Of a DNA stretch of 64,000 nucleotides, positions 1 to 12,650 are shown piece by piece. The notes beneath the pieces are model-generated. The model ran no database searches. It was not told the origin of the DNA and worked only from the letters and a program-made list of their open reading frames with translations. The stretch is from Octopus vulgaris (taxonomy: Eukaryota), in NCBI GenBank assembly GCA_951406725.2, contig OX597817.1, forward strand, positions 121,334,001 to 121,398,000, in the 5' to 3' direction. The number at the start of each line of letters is the position of its first letter. Positions within the stretch are counted from its first letter, which is position 1. A program made the position numbers and the translations under genes.

Positions 1-610
1 ATGTGTGTGTGTGTGAGTTTGTGCGGTAGTTTCTAAATAACGTAAATGTATTGTCTAACATAGTAGAGTGTAGTAGATTATTTAGGCTGACTATGCCGGT
101 TCCTTAGATATTTTATGTTGCATGTTAGTGCTTTCTACAAGAAGGGTTTATCTTATCGTTTGTTGAAGTATTTTCTATATCTGAAGAAATGGACCTAATC
201 TCAAAAGATAATGAAAAAAAAAAATGTAATAGAAACTGCCGTTCTCCTTTTGACTAAGTGAAAATGAAGTCAAATTAGTTAAAATCATAGAACAGGTGCC
301 ATAAAGAATACGGTAAAATAGAAAGAAAACAAGGAAAACTGAGAACGAGAAGGAAATATGGATTTTTAAAAATGCTGAGATAGGAAGGATATAGAGGAGA
401 AGCGAAACACATAAAGTCCTAGGTTTGCCACTTCATAATAACATGGTTAACCCGACTGATATGGTTATATTTCTTTCCTTTCTGTCGAGATATTTTATAC
501 AAGGAGTCTTCTCTTACTAATTTAATCCTTGATAAACCTTCGAAGAAAACAAAATATATTTTGGCGTATTCCTTGATTCTGATAAAGCACACACACAAAC
601 ACACACACAC

Positions 611-682
611 ACGCTGGGAACTGAACTCAGGACCTTACAATCATGAGCCGAATGCCCTAACCACTAAGCCACGCGCCTTCAC
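611..682 (-). mobile_element. Isolated tRNA-like SINE head between (CA)n tracts
   Basis: Reverse complement reads GTGAAGGCGCGTGGCTTAGTGGTTAGGGCATTCGGCTCATGATTGTAAGGTCCTGAGTTCAGTTCC, with A-box and B-box; same head type as 6005 and 14939. Confidence 0.7.
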
Positions 683-780
683 ATTACACACACACACACA
701 CACGCACCAATGTATACATAAAAATTCCAGCTTAATATTAACTGAGAAAGGACTCAATACATATGAAATGTTACATTTAA

Positions 781-1178
781 TCTGTTTCATTAATAATCTG
801 TTTCAATGGCCATGCTGGAGCACTGCCTTTAGTCAAGTAAATCGACCCCAGGACTTATTCTTTGTAAGCCTAGTACTTATTCTATCGAACTCTTTTGCCG
901 AACCGCTAAGTTACGGGTACGTAAACACACCAGCATCGGTTGTCAAGCGATGTTGGAGGGACAAACACAGACACACAAACATATATATACACACACACAC
1001 ATATATATATACATATATATACGACGGGCTTCTTTCAATTTCCGTCTACCAAACCCACTCACAAGGCTTTGGTCGACCCGAGGCTATAGTAGAAGACACT
1101 TGTCCCAGGTGCCACACAGTGGGACTGAACCCGGACCATGTGGTCGGTAAACAAGCTACTCACCACACAGCCACTCCT
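781..1178 (-). mobile_element. tRNA-derived SINE, family A (internal microsatellite), near full length
   Basis: Minus-strand head AGGAGTGGCTGTGTGGT...GGGTTCAGTCCC, internal (TA)/(CA) tract and 3' tail GTGCTCCAGCATGGCC; more than 10 homologous copies in the window. Confidence 0.9.
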
Positions 1179-1180
1179 AG

Positions 1181-1400
1181 TATTCAAATGTTCGTGCCGT
1201 ACATTAGCTCACTCTCTCCAACAAATCGACCTTGTCTGAACAGGTGCACGGTGTACAACGAGTCCGTGATCGAAGTGATCGCAGAGCAACGAGAGATAAA
1301 CCGTTTTACTCAAGAACACAGTGCACCATCTAGTCTAGAAACTGAAATCACGATCGACAGATCGTGAGTGCAGCACCCTAACCACTAAGTCATACACCCG
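1181..1400 (-). mobile_element. Diverged tRNA-derived SINE with CORE-like domain and a distinct tail (family E)
   Basis: Minus strand GACTTAGTGGTTAGGGTGCTGCACTCACGATC...TGTGTTCTTGAGTAAAAC resembles the family C head and core, followed by a different 3' part. Confidence 0.6.
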
Positions 1401-1414
1401 CATAAACACAGGGC

Positions 1415-1417
<3 letters not shown>

Positions 1418-1491
<74 letters not shown>

Positions 1492-1500
1492 AGAGTGAGA
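1418..1500. repeat. (GA)n microsatellite
   Basis: Direct reading. Confidence 0.95.
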
Positions 1501-1546
1501 AGTAAACATCTAGAATGATTGACAAACAGACCAAGATGAAAATATA

Positions 1547-2112
1547 TTGGGTTGTCCGGAAAGTTCGTGCCGATTTTTAAAGGAAAGAAAAAGGTCAATA
1601 AATATTTGCCATTACATTTTTATTCAACCAAATGTAAGCCATTTTGTTGCACAATGCGTCTCCATCTTTCCTTTAACTTGAAAATACCCTCTTCCCAGAA
1701 TTGTGGTGGTTTCGTGGCAAAGAATTCATCAAGGTATCTTTTTTCGTCATCCAAGCAATTGAAATTTTTACCATTAAGACTATTCTGCAGAGACCTGAAT
1801 AAGTGGAAATCCGAAGGTGCAATATCTGGTGAATATGGAGGGTGGGGTTACAAATCCCAGCCGAGCTGCAGCAATTTTTGTCTGGTTCCAAAAGCATGAA
1901 GTGCCGAAAATGAACTTTCTTATCTTCCATTTTAAAGGGTTACAATATTAACACAGATTATAGGAACATAAACCTTCTTCCACGAAAAGATAGCTTAAAT
2001 TGTGCTCTAAATGGAGGTGTAGTCAAATCCTATTTTATGAACTCAACCATGTTCTAAAATAAGTCGAAAGGTAAGCTACTATAAATCGGCACGAACTTTC
2101 CGGACAACCCAA
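1547..2112 (-). mobile_element. Internally deleted mariner DNA transposon with intact TIRs and TA target duplication
   Basis: TIR TTGGGTTGTCCGGAAAGTTCGTGCCGATTT at 1547 and its inverse ending at 2112, both flanked by TA. Minus strand encodes the N-terminus MEDKKVHFRHFML and, after a deletion, PHPPYSPDIAPSDFHLFRSLQN and FFATKPPQFWEEGIFKLKERWRRIVQQNG, which are mariner transposase motifs. Confidence 0.93.
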
Positions 2113-2967
2113 TAAAAACAATGTAAGTAGCAGTGGAATAAAGAGCAAATTTTGCAGAAATAATCAGCCAAATGTAAGATAGAAGTCTTGAAGCATCGTA
2201 ATAGTGAAATTTACGTATATGTTGTATCTCTCTGTCTCTATCTTGTTCACTATGTCTTGGTTTCTATCTGTCTATCTCACTGTATCTCATTATCTGTCTC
2301 ACCTCTTAAATAATTGATTGTGATTGCAATACTCTAATCACCGATAGCATAAAAAAAGGCAAAAAAACCCATAAAATTTGGTGGAGAAAAACGGAAGCAA
2401 ATAAAATATAAGTGAAATATACGAAACGAAACGCCCACTTATAGAAAAAAAATGGAAAGAATGTAAAAAAATGAAGAAAAATACTAAAACACGAACAAAC
2501 AAGAAACAGAAAACCCCTGCAAAAAGAACCCCAAACATATATAGAAAAATAAAACAAAAAAATAATCAAAATGATAACAAAAATAATAAAAGTATAAAAA
2601 AGGCAAAAACAGATGACGACTCCACCTGGTGAGTCAACTGATGTAAACTATATTAGTGGTACGGTTTTAAAATCCGTGAGTAGAATATATTTACTGATAT
2701 AGATAGTTGATTATTGATCAAATCTATTCAACCGATTAAAAGTTAAGGTGTGTACGTAAGTGTATATAAGTGTGTGTTTTATTTATTTTGTTTCTTATTT
2801 TATCATCCGTGTTATTACTGTATTTGGGATGGTATTTACACTCATCTTAATTCTCGTTTTTTTTTCTGCTTGTTTTTGGTTTTAATTTTGTTTTTAAACG
2901 TATCTGTATGTGTATATATGCGTCTATACATTAATATATAGATCGGCAAATAGATAAAAAAAATTGT

Positions 2968-3127
2968 TGCGTGGCTGTGTGGTAAGAAGTTTGCTTCTGA
3001 ACCACATGATTTCAGGTTCAGCTCCACTGCGCTGAACCTTGGGCAAGTGTCTTCTATCAATAGCCCTGGGCCGACCAACGCCTTGTGAGTGGATTTGGTA
3101 GACGGAAATGGAATGAAGCCGGCGGTA
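2968..3127 (+). mobile_element. SINE family A, 5' half
   Basis: GTGGCTGTGTGGTAAGAAGTTTGCTT...ACCTTGGGCAAGTGTCTTCTA...GGATTTGGTAGACGGAAA. Confidence 0.85.
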
Positions 3128-3249
3128 AATCTCTCTCTCTCTCTCTCTCTGTATATATATTAAATTTATATCTAATGTGTATTTTCGAAAAAAAGAAATT
3201 TTATCAATGGCCAGCATATTAAAAAATACCTTTAAAGGTTGAATTATAA

Positions 3250-3480
3250 ACAACTTATAAATAAGGGCAAACGAAAAGATTTCTAATGCCAAATATGCCG
3301 AAAATTGGACATTTTGTCCATTTGCAATATAATTTTTTTCCCAGTACGCACGCTACTCGAAAAAAGGTCGACAGAAATCTCTAAAAAATTCCATTTTTTA
3401 CCATATCGTAAATGGACACTATGTCCAATTTTCGGCATATTTGGCATTAGAAATTTTTTCGTTTGCCCTTATTTATAAGT

Positions 3481-3483
<3 letters not shown>
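3250..3483. mobile_element. Foldback/MITE-like element with ~80-bp inverted arms
   Basis: ACAACTTATAAATAAGGGCAAACGAAAA...GTCCATTT (3250-3330) is inverted at ~3403-3483; runs into (TA)n. Confidence 0.75.
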
Positions 3484-3516
<33 letters not shown>

Positions 3517-3519
<3 letters not shown>

Positions 3520-3783
3520 GATAATAAAAAACGGAGAAAAAACAACATCGCTAGGACGTGGTACATGCTCAGGTAAGGAAAGATACTCAGGTAAGGAAAG
3601 AAAGGGTGTTTTAGTTTCGAGCAAATCTCTCTTTCAGAAACAGGAGACAGGAAGTGATTAAAGGAAAAGGAAGACGGAGGAAAAAAATCGCCAACAACCC
3701 ACTTGTAGTTACATTTTAGAATGACCGGAAGTGGATGGATAAAGAAAAAGTACTTTCTAAGACAGGAGGGTATAAGAAAAGGT
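3517..3783 (-). mobile_element. Penelope-like pseudo-LTR remnant with degenerate minimal hammerhead (3611-3640)
   Basis: Minus strand TTTCTGAAAGAGAGATTTGCTCGAAACTAAAA is a decayed copy of the motif at 35506-35540. Confidence 0.45.
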
Positions 3784-3796
3784 GGTATCTGTGAGC

Positions 3797-4190
3797 AAGG
3801 CGGCGAGCTGGCAGAAACGTTAGCACGCCGGGCGAAATGCTTAGCGGTATTTCGTCTGCGTTACGTTGTGAGTTCAAATTCCGCCGAGGTCGACTTTGCC
3901 TTTCATCCTTTCGGGGTCGATAAATTAAGTACCAGTTACGCACTGGGGTCGATGTAATTGACTTAATACCTATGTCTGTCCTTGTTTGTCCCCTCTGTGT
4001 TTAGCCCCCTGTGGGTAATAAAGAAATAGGTATTTCGTCTGCGTTACGTTCTGAGTTCAAATTCCGCCGAGGTCGACTTTGCCTTTCATCCTTTCGGGGT
4101 CGATAAATTAAATACCAGTTATGTACTGGGATCGATGTAATCGACTTAATACCTCTGTGTTTAGCCCCTTGTGGGTAATAAAGAAATAGG
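3797..4190 (+). mobile_element. SINE family B1 with tandemly duplicated body and 12-bp TSD
   Basis: Head AAGGCGGCGAGCTGGCAGAAACG, B-box-like GAGTTCAAATTCC, Meta-like GCCTTTCATCCTTTCGGGGTCGATAAATTAAGTACCAG; body repeated from 4029; GGTATCTGTGAG at 3784-3795 and 4189-4200. Confidence 0.9.
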
Positions 4191-4265
4191 TATCTGTGAG
4201 TATGTATAGGTATGTACGAGCGCACGTGTGTGATAGCATGTGTATGTGTGTTTGTGGTTGTAACT

Positions 4266-4302
<37 letters not shown>

Positions 4303-4609
4303 GTATTAACTGTTTATATGTGTATGTGTGAGTGATCTTTGTGTCTGTTAATGTTGTAGGAAGAATTTAGCAGCTATGGCAACAGAAGTGTTGGTCTTTT
4401 GTGTAGTTGTGTGTTTTTGCCCATACGCATAGATAGGATGGTCAGTGGTAGGGTGTTTGAGAGGCAGTCAGAAGTTTGTATGTTGTGTGTGCAGTTTGTA
4501 TGCGTACGTATGTGTATGTCTATATGTACATGCGTGTGCATGTATGTGTGCTTGTGTGTGCATATGTGCGTGTGCATGTGTGTCTGCGTGGAGGTATATG
4601 TGCGTGGTT

Positions 4610-4841
4610 AAGGTGAGCTGGCAGAAACGTTAGCACGCTGGGCGAAATGCTTAGCGGTATTTTGCCTGCCGTTACGTTCTCAGTTCAAATTCCGCCGAGG
4701 TCGACTTTGCCTTTCATCCTTTCGGGGTCAATAAATTAAGTACCAGTTACGCACTGGGGTCGATATAATCAACTTAATCAGTTTGTCTGTCCTTGTTTGT
4801 CCCCTCTCTGTTTAGCCCCTTGTGGGCAGTAAAGAAATAGG
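4610..4841 (+). mobile_element. SINE family B1
   Basis: Near-identical to 3797-4030; ends in AAAGAAATAGG. Confidence 0.9.
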
Positions 4842-5059
4842 TGTGTGTGTGTGTGTGTGTGTGTGTAAATGGAACAAAAACACAACGGAGGGCATTAAAA
4901 CGTTCGGACAGAAAGACGATACAAAGGCGGACAAGAGAAACAACAATTAGAAGGACAGGCAAAAAACAAAAAAAAAAAAAAAGACGGGTCATTCTTGGCT
5001 TTCTTTTATCAGTCAAGTCCCAAAAGTCAAGACCATTTCGGACAGTTACACACACATAT

Positions 5060-5265
5060 ATATGTGTGTGTGTCTGTTTTACCGCCGCCCCCAACGTTTG
5101 ACAACCGGTATTGGTGTGTTTACGTTCCTGTAAATTTGCGGTTCGCAAGAAAGCGCCGATAGAATATGTACTAGAATAGAATAGTAAATACTGGGGCCAA
5201 TTTGTTCAGATAAAATTCTTCAAGGCTTTGGCAGTTAATTTACTGAAAGAAGTAAAAGATGAAAA
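5060..5265 (+). mobile_element. SINE family A, degenerate 3' half
   Basis: TTGACAACCGGTATTGGTGTGTTTACGT...GCGGTTCG...CCGATAGAATA. Confidence 0.7.
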
Positions 5266-5664
5266 AAAAGAGATAATTGATTGATAGGTGCAGGAAGAGT
5301 TACGAGGTTAAGTAGATAAATTATAGGTAGAAAGGCATGTAGTAGTAATTTATATAGATAAGTGCTTACATAGACGTAGATTAGTAGGTAAGATGTCCAG
5401 AGAATTTAGAGGAATCAAATAGACTGCCATTAAGTGATTAAGAGGTCTGTCGGAAATAGCCGCCAAATAAACTAGAATGTGTTACACTACGTCTTAAATG
5501 AAGGACAGATTGAACGATGAAGATTTTACACAGACACATACATGAATACACACATGCGTGCAGATAGATAGATAGATAGATAGATATAAAGATAGATAGA
5601 GAGAGAGAGAAAGAGAGAGAGAGTTACTGATATATATTCGTTTCTTTTTCTTTTCTTCTTTTTT

Positions 5665-5830
5665 TTTTTGCTTCAGTCATCTGACTGCGGCCTTGCTGGT
5701 GCACCGTTTTTAGTCGAACAAACCGAACCCAGCACTTATTCATTGTAAGCCTAGTACTTATTTTATCGGTTAATTTTGCCGAACAGCTAACACATCAACA
5801 CTGGTTGTCAGGCGATGGTGGGGACAAGCA
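5665..5830 (-). mobile_element. SINE family A, 3' part
   Basis: TTCAGTCATCTGACTGCGGCCTTGCTGGTGCACCG...GTAAGCCTAGTACTTA. Confidence 0.8.
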
Positions 5831-5878
5831 CAAACACACAAATATTACACACACACACATACACACAGACACACATAT

Positions 5879-6346
<468 letters not shown>

Positions 6347-6433
6347 ATATATATATATATATATTGGTAAAAACGGTAAGATAACAAAAGAAAGAAAGAG
6401 ACCTCAATATTATGTAAATAGAGGAAACTTATC

Positions 6434-6836
6434 TATAAAATAATGTTACAATTATTCAATAGTCAAGATAAAACTCTGAGTTTCGGGTGCCGAAGTGGAA
6501 ATCCACAACTCCATCTCTTCGGTTATTTGGCCATCTGAAAAACGCTATGAAAAAATACGCTCACATGTGCGCTCGCGGACCACGTGGGTCCGCGAGCGCA
6601 CATTTGAGCGTATGAGTAGCCATGTTTACGTGTTTACTGTGAACTTTTAATCTTAATTTATATAAGTAGCGGAATTTTAACACAGTAATTTTCCTTTATA
6701 TAACGGTATTTTTTCATAGCGTTTTTCAGATGGCCAGATAACCGAAGAGATGCTGTTGTGGATTTCCACTTCGGCATCCGTCCGAAACTCAGAGTTTTAT
6801 CTTGCCTATTGAATAATTGTAACATATTATTTTATA
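6434..6836. repeat. Inverted repeat (~125-bp arms) with a hammerhead-like motif in each arm and an internal GC-rich hairpin; Penelope inverted pseudo-LTR-like
   Basis: 6434-6558 is inverted at 6706-6836; a 26-bp stem hairpin lies at 6556-6612; flanked by (TA)n. Confidence 0.8.
6736..6802 (+). ncRNA. Type I hammerhead-like motif (U4C core variant)
   Basis: AGATAA-CCGAAGA-stem II (GATGCTG/CGGCATC plus a 5-nt insertion)-GAAA-CT-CAG-AG-TT-TTATCT; stem I is a perfect 6 bp. Inverted copy at ~6465-6527. Confidence 0.5.
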
Positions 6837-6845
6837 TATATATAT

Positions 6846-6900
<55 letters not shown>

Positions 6901-6923
6901 ATATATATATATATATATATATA

Positions 6924-7252
6924 AGCGCAGGTGTAGCTGTGAAGCTTACTTACCAACCACATGGTTCCAGATTCAGTCGCAATGCGTGGCACCTTGGGCA
7001 AGTGTCTTCTAATATAGCTGCGGGCCGACCAAAGTTTTGTGAGTGGGTTTGGTTGACGGAAACTAAAAGAAGCCTGTCGTAAGGATATATATATATTTGT
7101 GTGTGTGCGGGGTGAGGTGTGTGTGTGTATATTTGTGCGTCTATGTCCCCACAACATCGCTTGACAACCGATGTTGGGGTGCTCACGTCTCCGTAAGCTA
7201 GTGGTTCGGCAAAAGTGACCGTTACAAATAATAAATCCTGAGGTCGATTTAT

Positions 7253-7256
<4 letters not shown>
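6924..7256 (+). mobile_element. SINE family A, 3'-truncated
   Basis: ACCAACCACATGGTTCCAGATTCAGTC...GGCACCTTGGGCAAGTGTCTTCT...CATCGCTTGACAACCGATG. Confidence 0.85.
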
Positions 7257-7309
<53 letters not shown>

Positions 7310-7380
7310 AAATGAGGGTGAAAATTGTATATTAATTTAATAATTTAATAATATCAGTTTAACACCAATGTTTTAGTGGC

Positions 7381-7412
<32 letters not shown>

Positions 7413-8316
7413 TATATACAGAATATATATACACACACACATATATATATATATACAGAATATATATATATATATATATACATGTATATACAGAATAAAC
7501 CCCCCCCCACACATACATGTATACACAGACCTCGGATCTCTTTGATCATCGGTCTGCCTAACGTGGGCTGGCCTTAGGTGAAATACGACAAGAAATATAG
7601 ACAGGTATATCGGTTGATTGGTAGATAGACACGTGATGCAGTTCTAGAGAGATAAGCAGAAAGTGAAGAGACTATGAGGGAGATGAGAGTGAAGGGCTGA
7701 GAAAGATGAAGAACCGGGAGACTCCTGATAGATGGTTCGTCAATAGATTGACAGATAAATCGGCCAGGGAGATTGTCGGAAAGGTTTACAAAGGTAGGTA
7801 ATAGTTATTAGCGTCAAACTACTTATGACAATCGTGTATCTTCTATCTCTTTTGGCTAAGTGTTTAACCGTTTGCTTTATTTACGGATAATCATGATACA
7901 TACATACATAGAAACATACATACATATGTGTGTATGTGTATATATATATATATACACACGCACATACATATATACATCCATACATCCTTATACTCAAACG
8001 CACACATACATACAAACATACAAAATATACATACGTATCATTGACTATCGTCGTTGTTCAAGTTTTGCCGCTGGTGATAAACGAGTTAAAGTCTTAAAAA
8101 CCAACAATTAAATGCGCCTCAAAAGTTATAAAATTAATTACATGTCAATAATTTAGCGTGTAAGTCGCTATTTGATGGTAAGAGAGTGGTATGGGGGATA
8201 AAATGTGGTGCGTTCGAACATGAAATAAGTCAGACTGAAACAGATAACACAGGGCCTCCTATAAGTCTTGCATGCTTCTTGTAGACCACACTCATAAATA
8301 CCTACCTACCTACTTA

Positions 8317-8550
8317 CCTATTTCTTTATTACCCACAAGGGGCTAAACACAGAGGGGACAAACAAAGACAGACATAGGTATTAAGTCGATTAAATCGACC
8401 CCAGTGCGTAACTGGTACTTAGTTTATCGACCCCGAAAGGATGAAAGGCAAAGTCGACCTCGGCGGAATTTGAACTCACAACGTAACGGCAGACGAACTA
8501 CCGCTAAGCATTTCGCCCGGCGTGCTAACGTTTCTGCCAGCTCGACTGCC
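8317..8550 (-). mobile_element. SINE family B1 inserted in a (CCTA)n tract
   Basis: Reverse complement of the B1 consensus; the 3' end GAAATAGGTA merges with (TAGG)n. Confidence 0.9.
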
Positions 8551-8740
8551 TGCCTGCCTGCCTCCCTCCCTCCCTACCTACCTACCTACCTACCTACCTA
8601 CCTACCTACCTACCTACCTACCTACCTACCTACTTACCTACCTACATACATACCTACCTACTTACCTACCTACATACATACCTACCTACTTACCTATCTA
8701 CATACATACATACATACACACAAACAAACAAACAAACAAT
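8551..8740. repeat. Compound tetranucleotide microsatellite (CCTG/CCTC/CCTA/CATA/CAAA)
   Basis: Direct reading. Confidence 0.9.
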
Positions 8741-9039
8741 ACCAGAAAGGCGAAAGCTGGTGCGAAGACTATAGATCCATCACTGAAACTATAAAACTCT
8801 CTAGAAGATTATCATTTAAATGTCTATGCGCATGTCTAGACATGCAACTATGTGCATGAGAATACTTACATAAAGCAAAACATACAAATCTGCACACATA
8901 CATACATACATACATACATACATACATACATACATACATACATACATACATACATACATACATACATACATACATACATACATACATACATACATACATA
9001 CATACATACTTACATACATACATACATACATACATAGAA

Positions 9040-9535
9040 TATCAATAAAAAATGCCTTTGAATGTCGTAGCTTATCCCTTCGGCAACATCTTTTAACCAC
9101 CAAGTGTTGAAGTGCATTCCTTGATATTGAGGCCGCTGATATTAGTGGATTGAGTACCAAAATCCAAAGCTCCCAAGAGGAGGGATTCCGGCACGGATGG
9201 TTAGAAATCCAAGATATCGAACTGGGTGAAACTACAGGCTGTTTTATTCCCGATGACGCTATGTTGTCATCCCATTGGGTTTGTTCCAAAGCCCATCAGA
9301 TATCGAGAATACGTTTAGTTACGATGCCCATTTCGCTCTTAGAGTCTGCATTTAGGATTCGAAGGGAAGTTGGGTTTATGATCTTTAAGCCTGATAAATG
9401 AGGGGTGCTATATTTAGAAGGGTGACTGTTTTTTTTTTATTCAATATTTATGCCACTGCATGTAGAAATGTTGATTTTTTTTTGTTTGTTCTGATGATTG
9501 TATTTGTAAGAAGTCATATTCGTAGAAATGTTTCA
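9040..9535 (-). pseudogene. Penelope-like retroelement reverse transcriptase fragment (frameshifted)
   Basis: Minus-strand translations FIRLKDHKPNFPSNPKCRL, SKSEMGIVTKRILD and SFTQFDILDF*PSVPESLLLGALDF match the PLE RT pattern FITLKDHK..F...P.CRLINP.KSE.G.VSK.ILD ... FDI.DFYPSI. Confidence 0.8.
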
Positions 9536-9542
9536 TATATGT

Positions 9543-9950
9543 TACTCTTTTAACTGTTTTACTCTTTTACTTGTTTCAGTCATTTGACTGTGGCCATGCT
9601 GGAGCACCGCCTTTAGTCGAGCAAATCGACCCCAGGACTTATTCTTTGTAAGCCTAGTACTTATTCCATCGCTCTCCTTTGCAGAACCGCTAAGTTACGG
9701 GGACGTAAACACACCACCATCGGTTCTCAAGCGATGTCGGGGGGACAAACATAGACACACAAACATATACATACACACATATATACGACGGGCTTCTTTC
9801 AGTTTCCGTCTACCAAATCCACTCACAAGGTTTTGGTCGGCCCGAGGCTAAAGTAGAAGACACTTGCCCAATGTGCAACGCGGTGGGACTGAACCCGGAA
9901 CCATGTGGTTCGTAAGCAAGCTACTTACCAAACAGCCACTCCTACGCCTA
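9543..9950 (-). mobile_element. SINE family A, full length, abutting the PLE RT fragment
   Basis: Complete head (TAGGCGTAGGAGTGGCTG...), body and (GAGTAAAA)-like tail. Confidence 0.92.
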
Positions 9951-10488
9951 TGTTCTTTACTTTTTTTGTGTGTATTGCGATGACATGTACAGTAATTGTT
10001 TAATTTTTGTCATGTAACTGTCTTTTACACCTGCATCCCCATATGGAGAACAGCTCCACGTAAGCTGATCATCCAGCTTAAGTTTTAAGCTCGCGCCAGC
10101 ATATTTCGTTGCTTCCACGGAAATACTGAAACCAATAGTGTGTTAATTCTCCCCTGAGAATTATCTACTAATCCTCAACATTACTCCCACCTTACCATGT
10201 ATTGTAGGTATCAAACGTATTGAAGTGATGGAACCAATTACACCATACCGCAGTCTACAGACATAGTGGCAACAACTACCCAACAACAACCTATCCGAGC
10301 ATGTGGGCCAAAGAATAAGGTAAGAACTGATATAGGTCTCTAACCAGAAGCACCACCACCAATAATGGCCTGGTATCGAGACGCCATCTTGATTTTGTCT
10401 CAAACCCCATTACTTTTCTCTAGATAAGGGACAAGGTCGGTTCGTCCGACGATTCCACGAAACTTAAGTCGTATAGAGCTGAGACAAA

Positions 10489-10720
<232 letters not shown>

Positions 10721-12650
10721 ACATTTACATTACGCAGAAGTGAAAGCTACTTTTCCCGATATAGTTAAGCTATAATTTATGTTTGATATATATCTTAATT
10801 CCCTATATGCTATCATCGGGCCAGAGACATGGAGTAGAGGTAATTATCTTTTTATGAGTGATCAACGAACCGTGGAACATGTCGGGGCTACCTCAAATAC
10901 TTTTTAGTCTACGAAGAAAAAAACAAGATGAATGCAGATATGTTCCAAGTTCCACAGCAAATAGTTTAAAAACTATCTTTAATTTATCTTAAGTTTTCTA
11001 ATACATGTTATGTCGTGCACACACACACAAAACCCACACGCACATATACGTGCGCACACACACACGTACTATATAGATTTATGAATACAAGTATACATAC
11101 TGTGTCAGGTGTTACTGTATGTCTAATATACCCTATAAGATGGTAATATTTGAAATTATGAGAATTCTCTTGAGAAGTTGTATAAGCTAAGTGTGACTGG
11201 TATGATGGATAAGTGTTATTATAGAATAAGAACAGAGAAAAACCGATAAGTACACAAGAAATTGCTCCAAACAGAAACATAAAGAAGCACATTCAAAGAT
11301 ATGCACACACAGAGATTTGCATGCACATAAATATTCATACCAGCACATGCACACGCTTGCATACACAGATATGAATACGCTTACGTCATACAGATGCACA
11401 CGTATTCATCAACTGACAAACAAGTGTACACACATTTATTTACAATGGCAGACACACACATACATACACACGCACGTTTCGAATTAGAAATGCTATGCAC
11501 TTACGGATTTATTGGATATAAAATGTCAAAAAGAAGACATTAGCGAATGTAGAACTGAAAAGATAGCTAATGCTGTTTTGGCTAATATAGCACGAGGACA
11601 GAGACTTGTGATACACACATACAACATACATACACATACGTACACAATGCTAGACGCATATAACAGACAGACATACGCACATGAATATGCACAAACACAC
11701 ATACAGGACGCATACACTCAAACACTTTTTTTTTAAAGGTAAACCCCCCTGTGAACATTGAAAAGCTTAAATAAAAGGGAAGATACGATTTCTGCTATCA
11801 TGAAAACCCTATCATGGATTGATTTCGGGAGATGAAAACTAAAATATTAAAGCGAAGTGAGAAGATCTTTGAAGTAGAAAATCGTTATGACCGCACGTAA
11901 AATTTATCGCAATCAATGCGACCAGAGAACATTTATTACAAGGCTTTCTTTCATACTTTTCATTCTTTACACGTTGTTTTATTACTTTCAGTTTCTTTTC
12001 ATTAGACGGGGAGTGTAGCGGAGGATGGCATATCTCATGTATTACTATTGATGTCATCAAACTATTCACTCATTCATTCATTTGAAATGAAAACTGGAGA
12101 TGCTTATATGTGTAAGGATATATATGAGTATGAAGGAGGTGGAGCTGTCTAAATAAAAGCAAAAATACAGATTTGAGCGGAAGAAAACAAATAAGCAAAA
12201 ATCCTCTAAACATACGAAAAAGAAAAGAAAAGCAAGAACTAAGTAAACAAGGTGTCATGTAAAATAATAGACACATACTTGATTGCGAACATATAGATAT
12301 ATCATCAGACAACATATACGGGAGTTAGGTAATAAATATATTGCTTCACATTTGATTCATTTGGTCTTTCACTGGAATTTTAACTCAATCAGCAATTTTT
12401 ACCTGAAAGATGCAAGATGCTCAACTTCTCGCTGAGTCAGGGAATATGGACGTCTAATTTTGTATGGTACACAAAAGGCATGGTATTGAACCTAAAAACA
12501 CGTTATTACGACGTGTTTGACAAGCGAACTTTTTTCGCACACAAGAAACATTGTTACATAATATATTCCCCAAAATATTTTCTGATAATATTTTTTACTT
12601 TATATCTAAATAAACACATCAAATACATAAATGTATGCAATAATGAATCC

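Noticed and set aside
561-1367. 268-aa ORF, the longest in the track
   Set aside because: It reads through antisense SINEs and microsatellites, starts at TTG and shows no protein motif.
8740-8790. QKGESWCEDYRSI, resembling the LINE RT motif KG...C.NYRPI
   Set aside because: Too short and isolated to support a call.
10446-10470. CCGACGA-TTCCAC-GAAA-CTTAAG-TC hammerhead-like string
   Set aside because: Core boxes and a palindromic stem III are present, but neither stem I nor stem II pairs.
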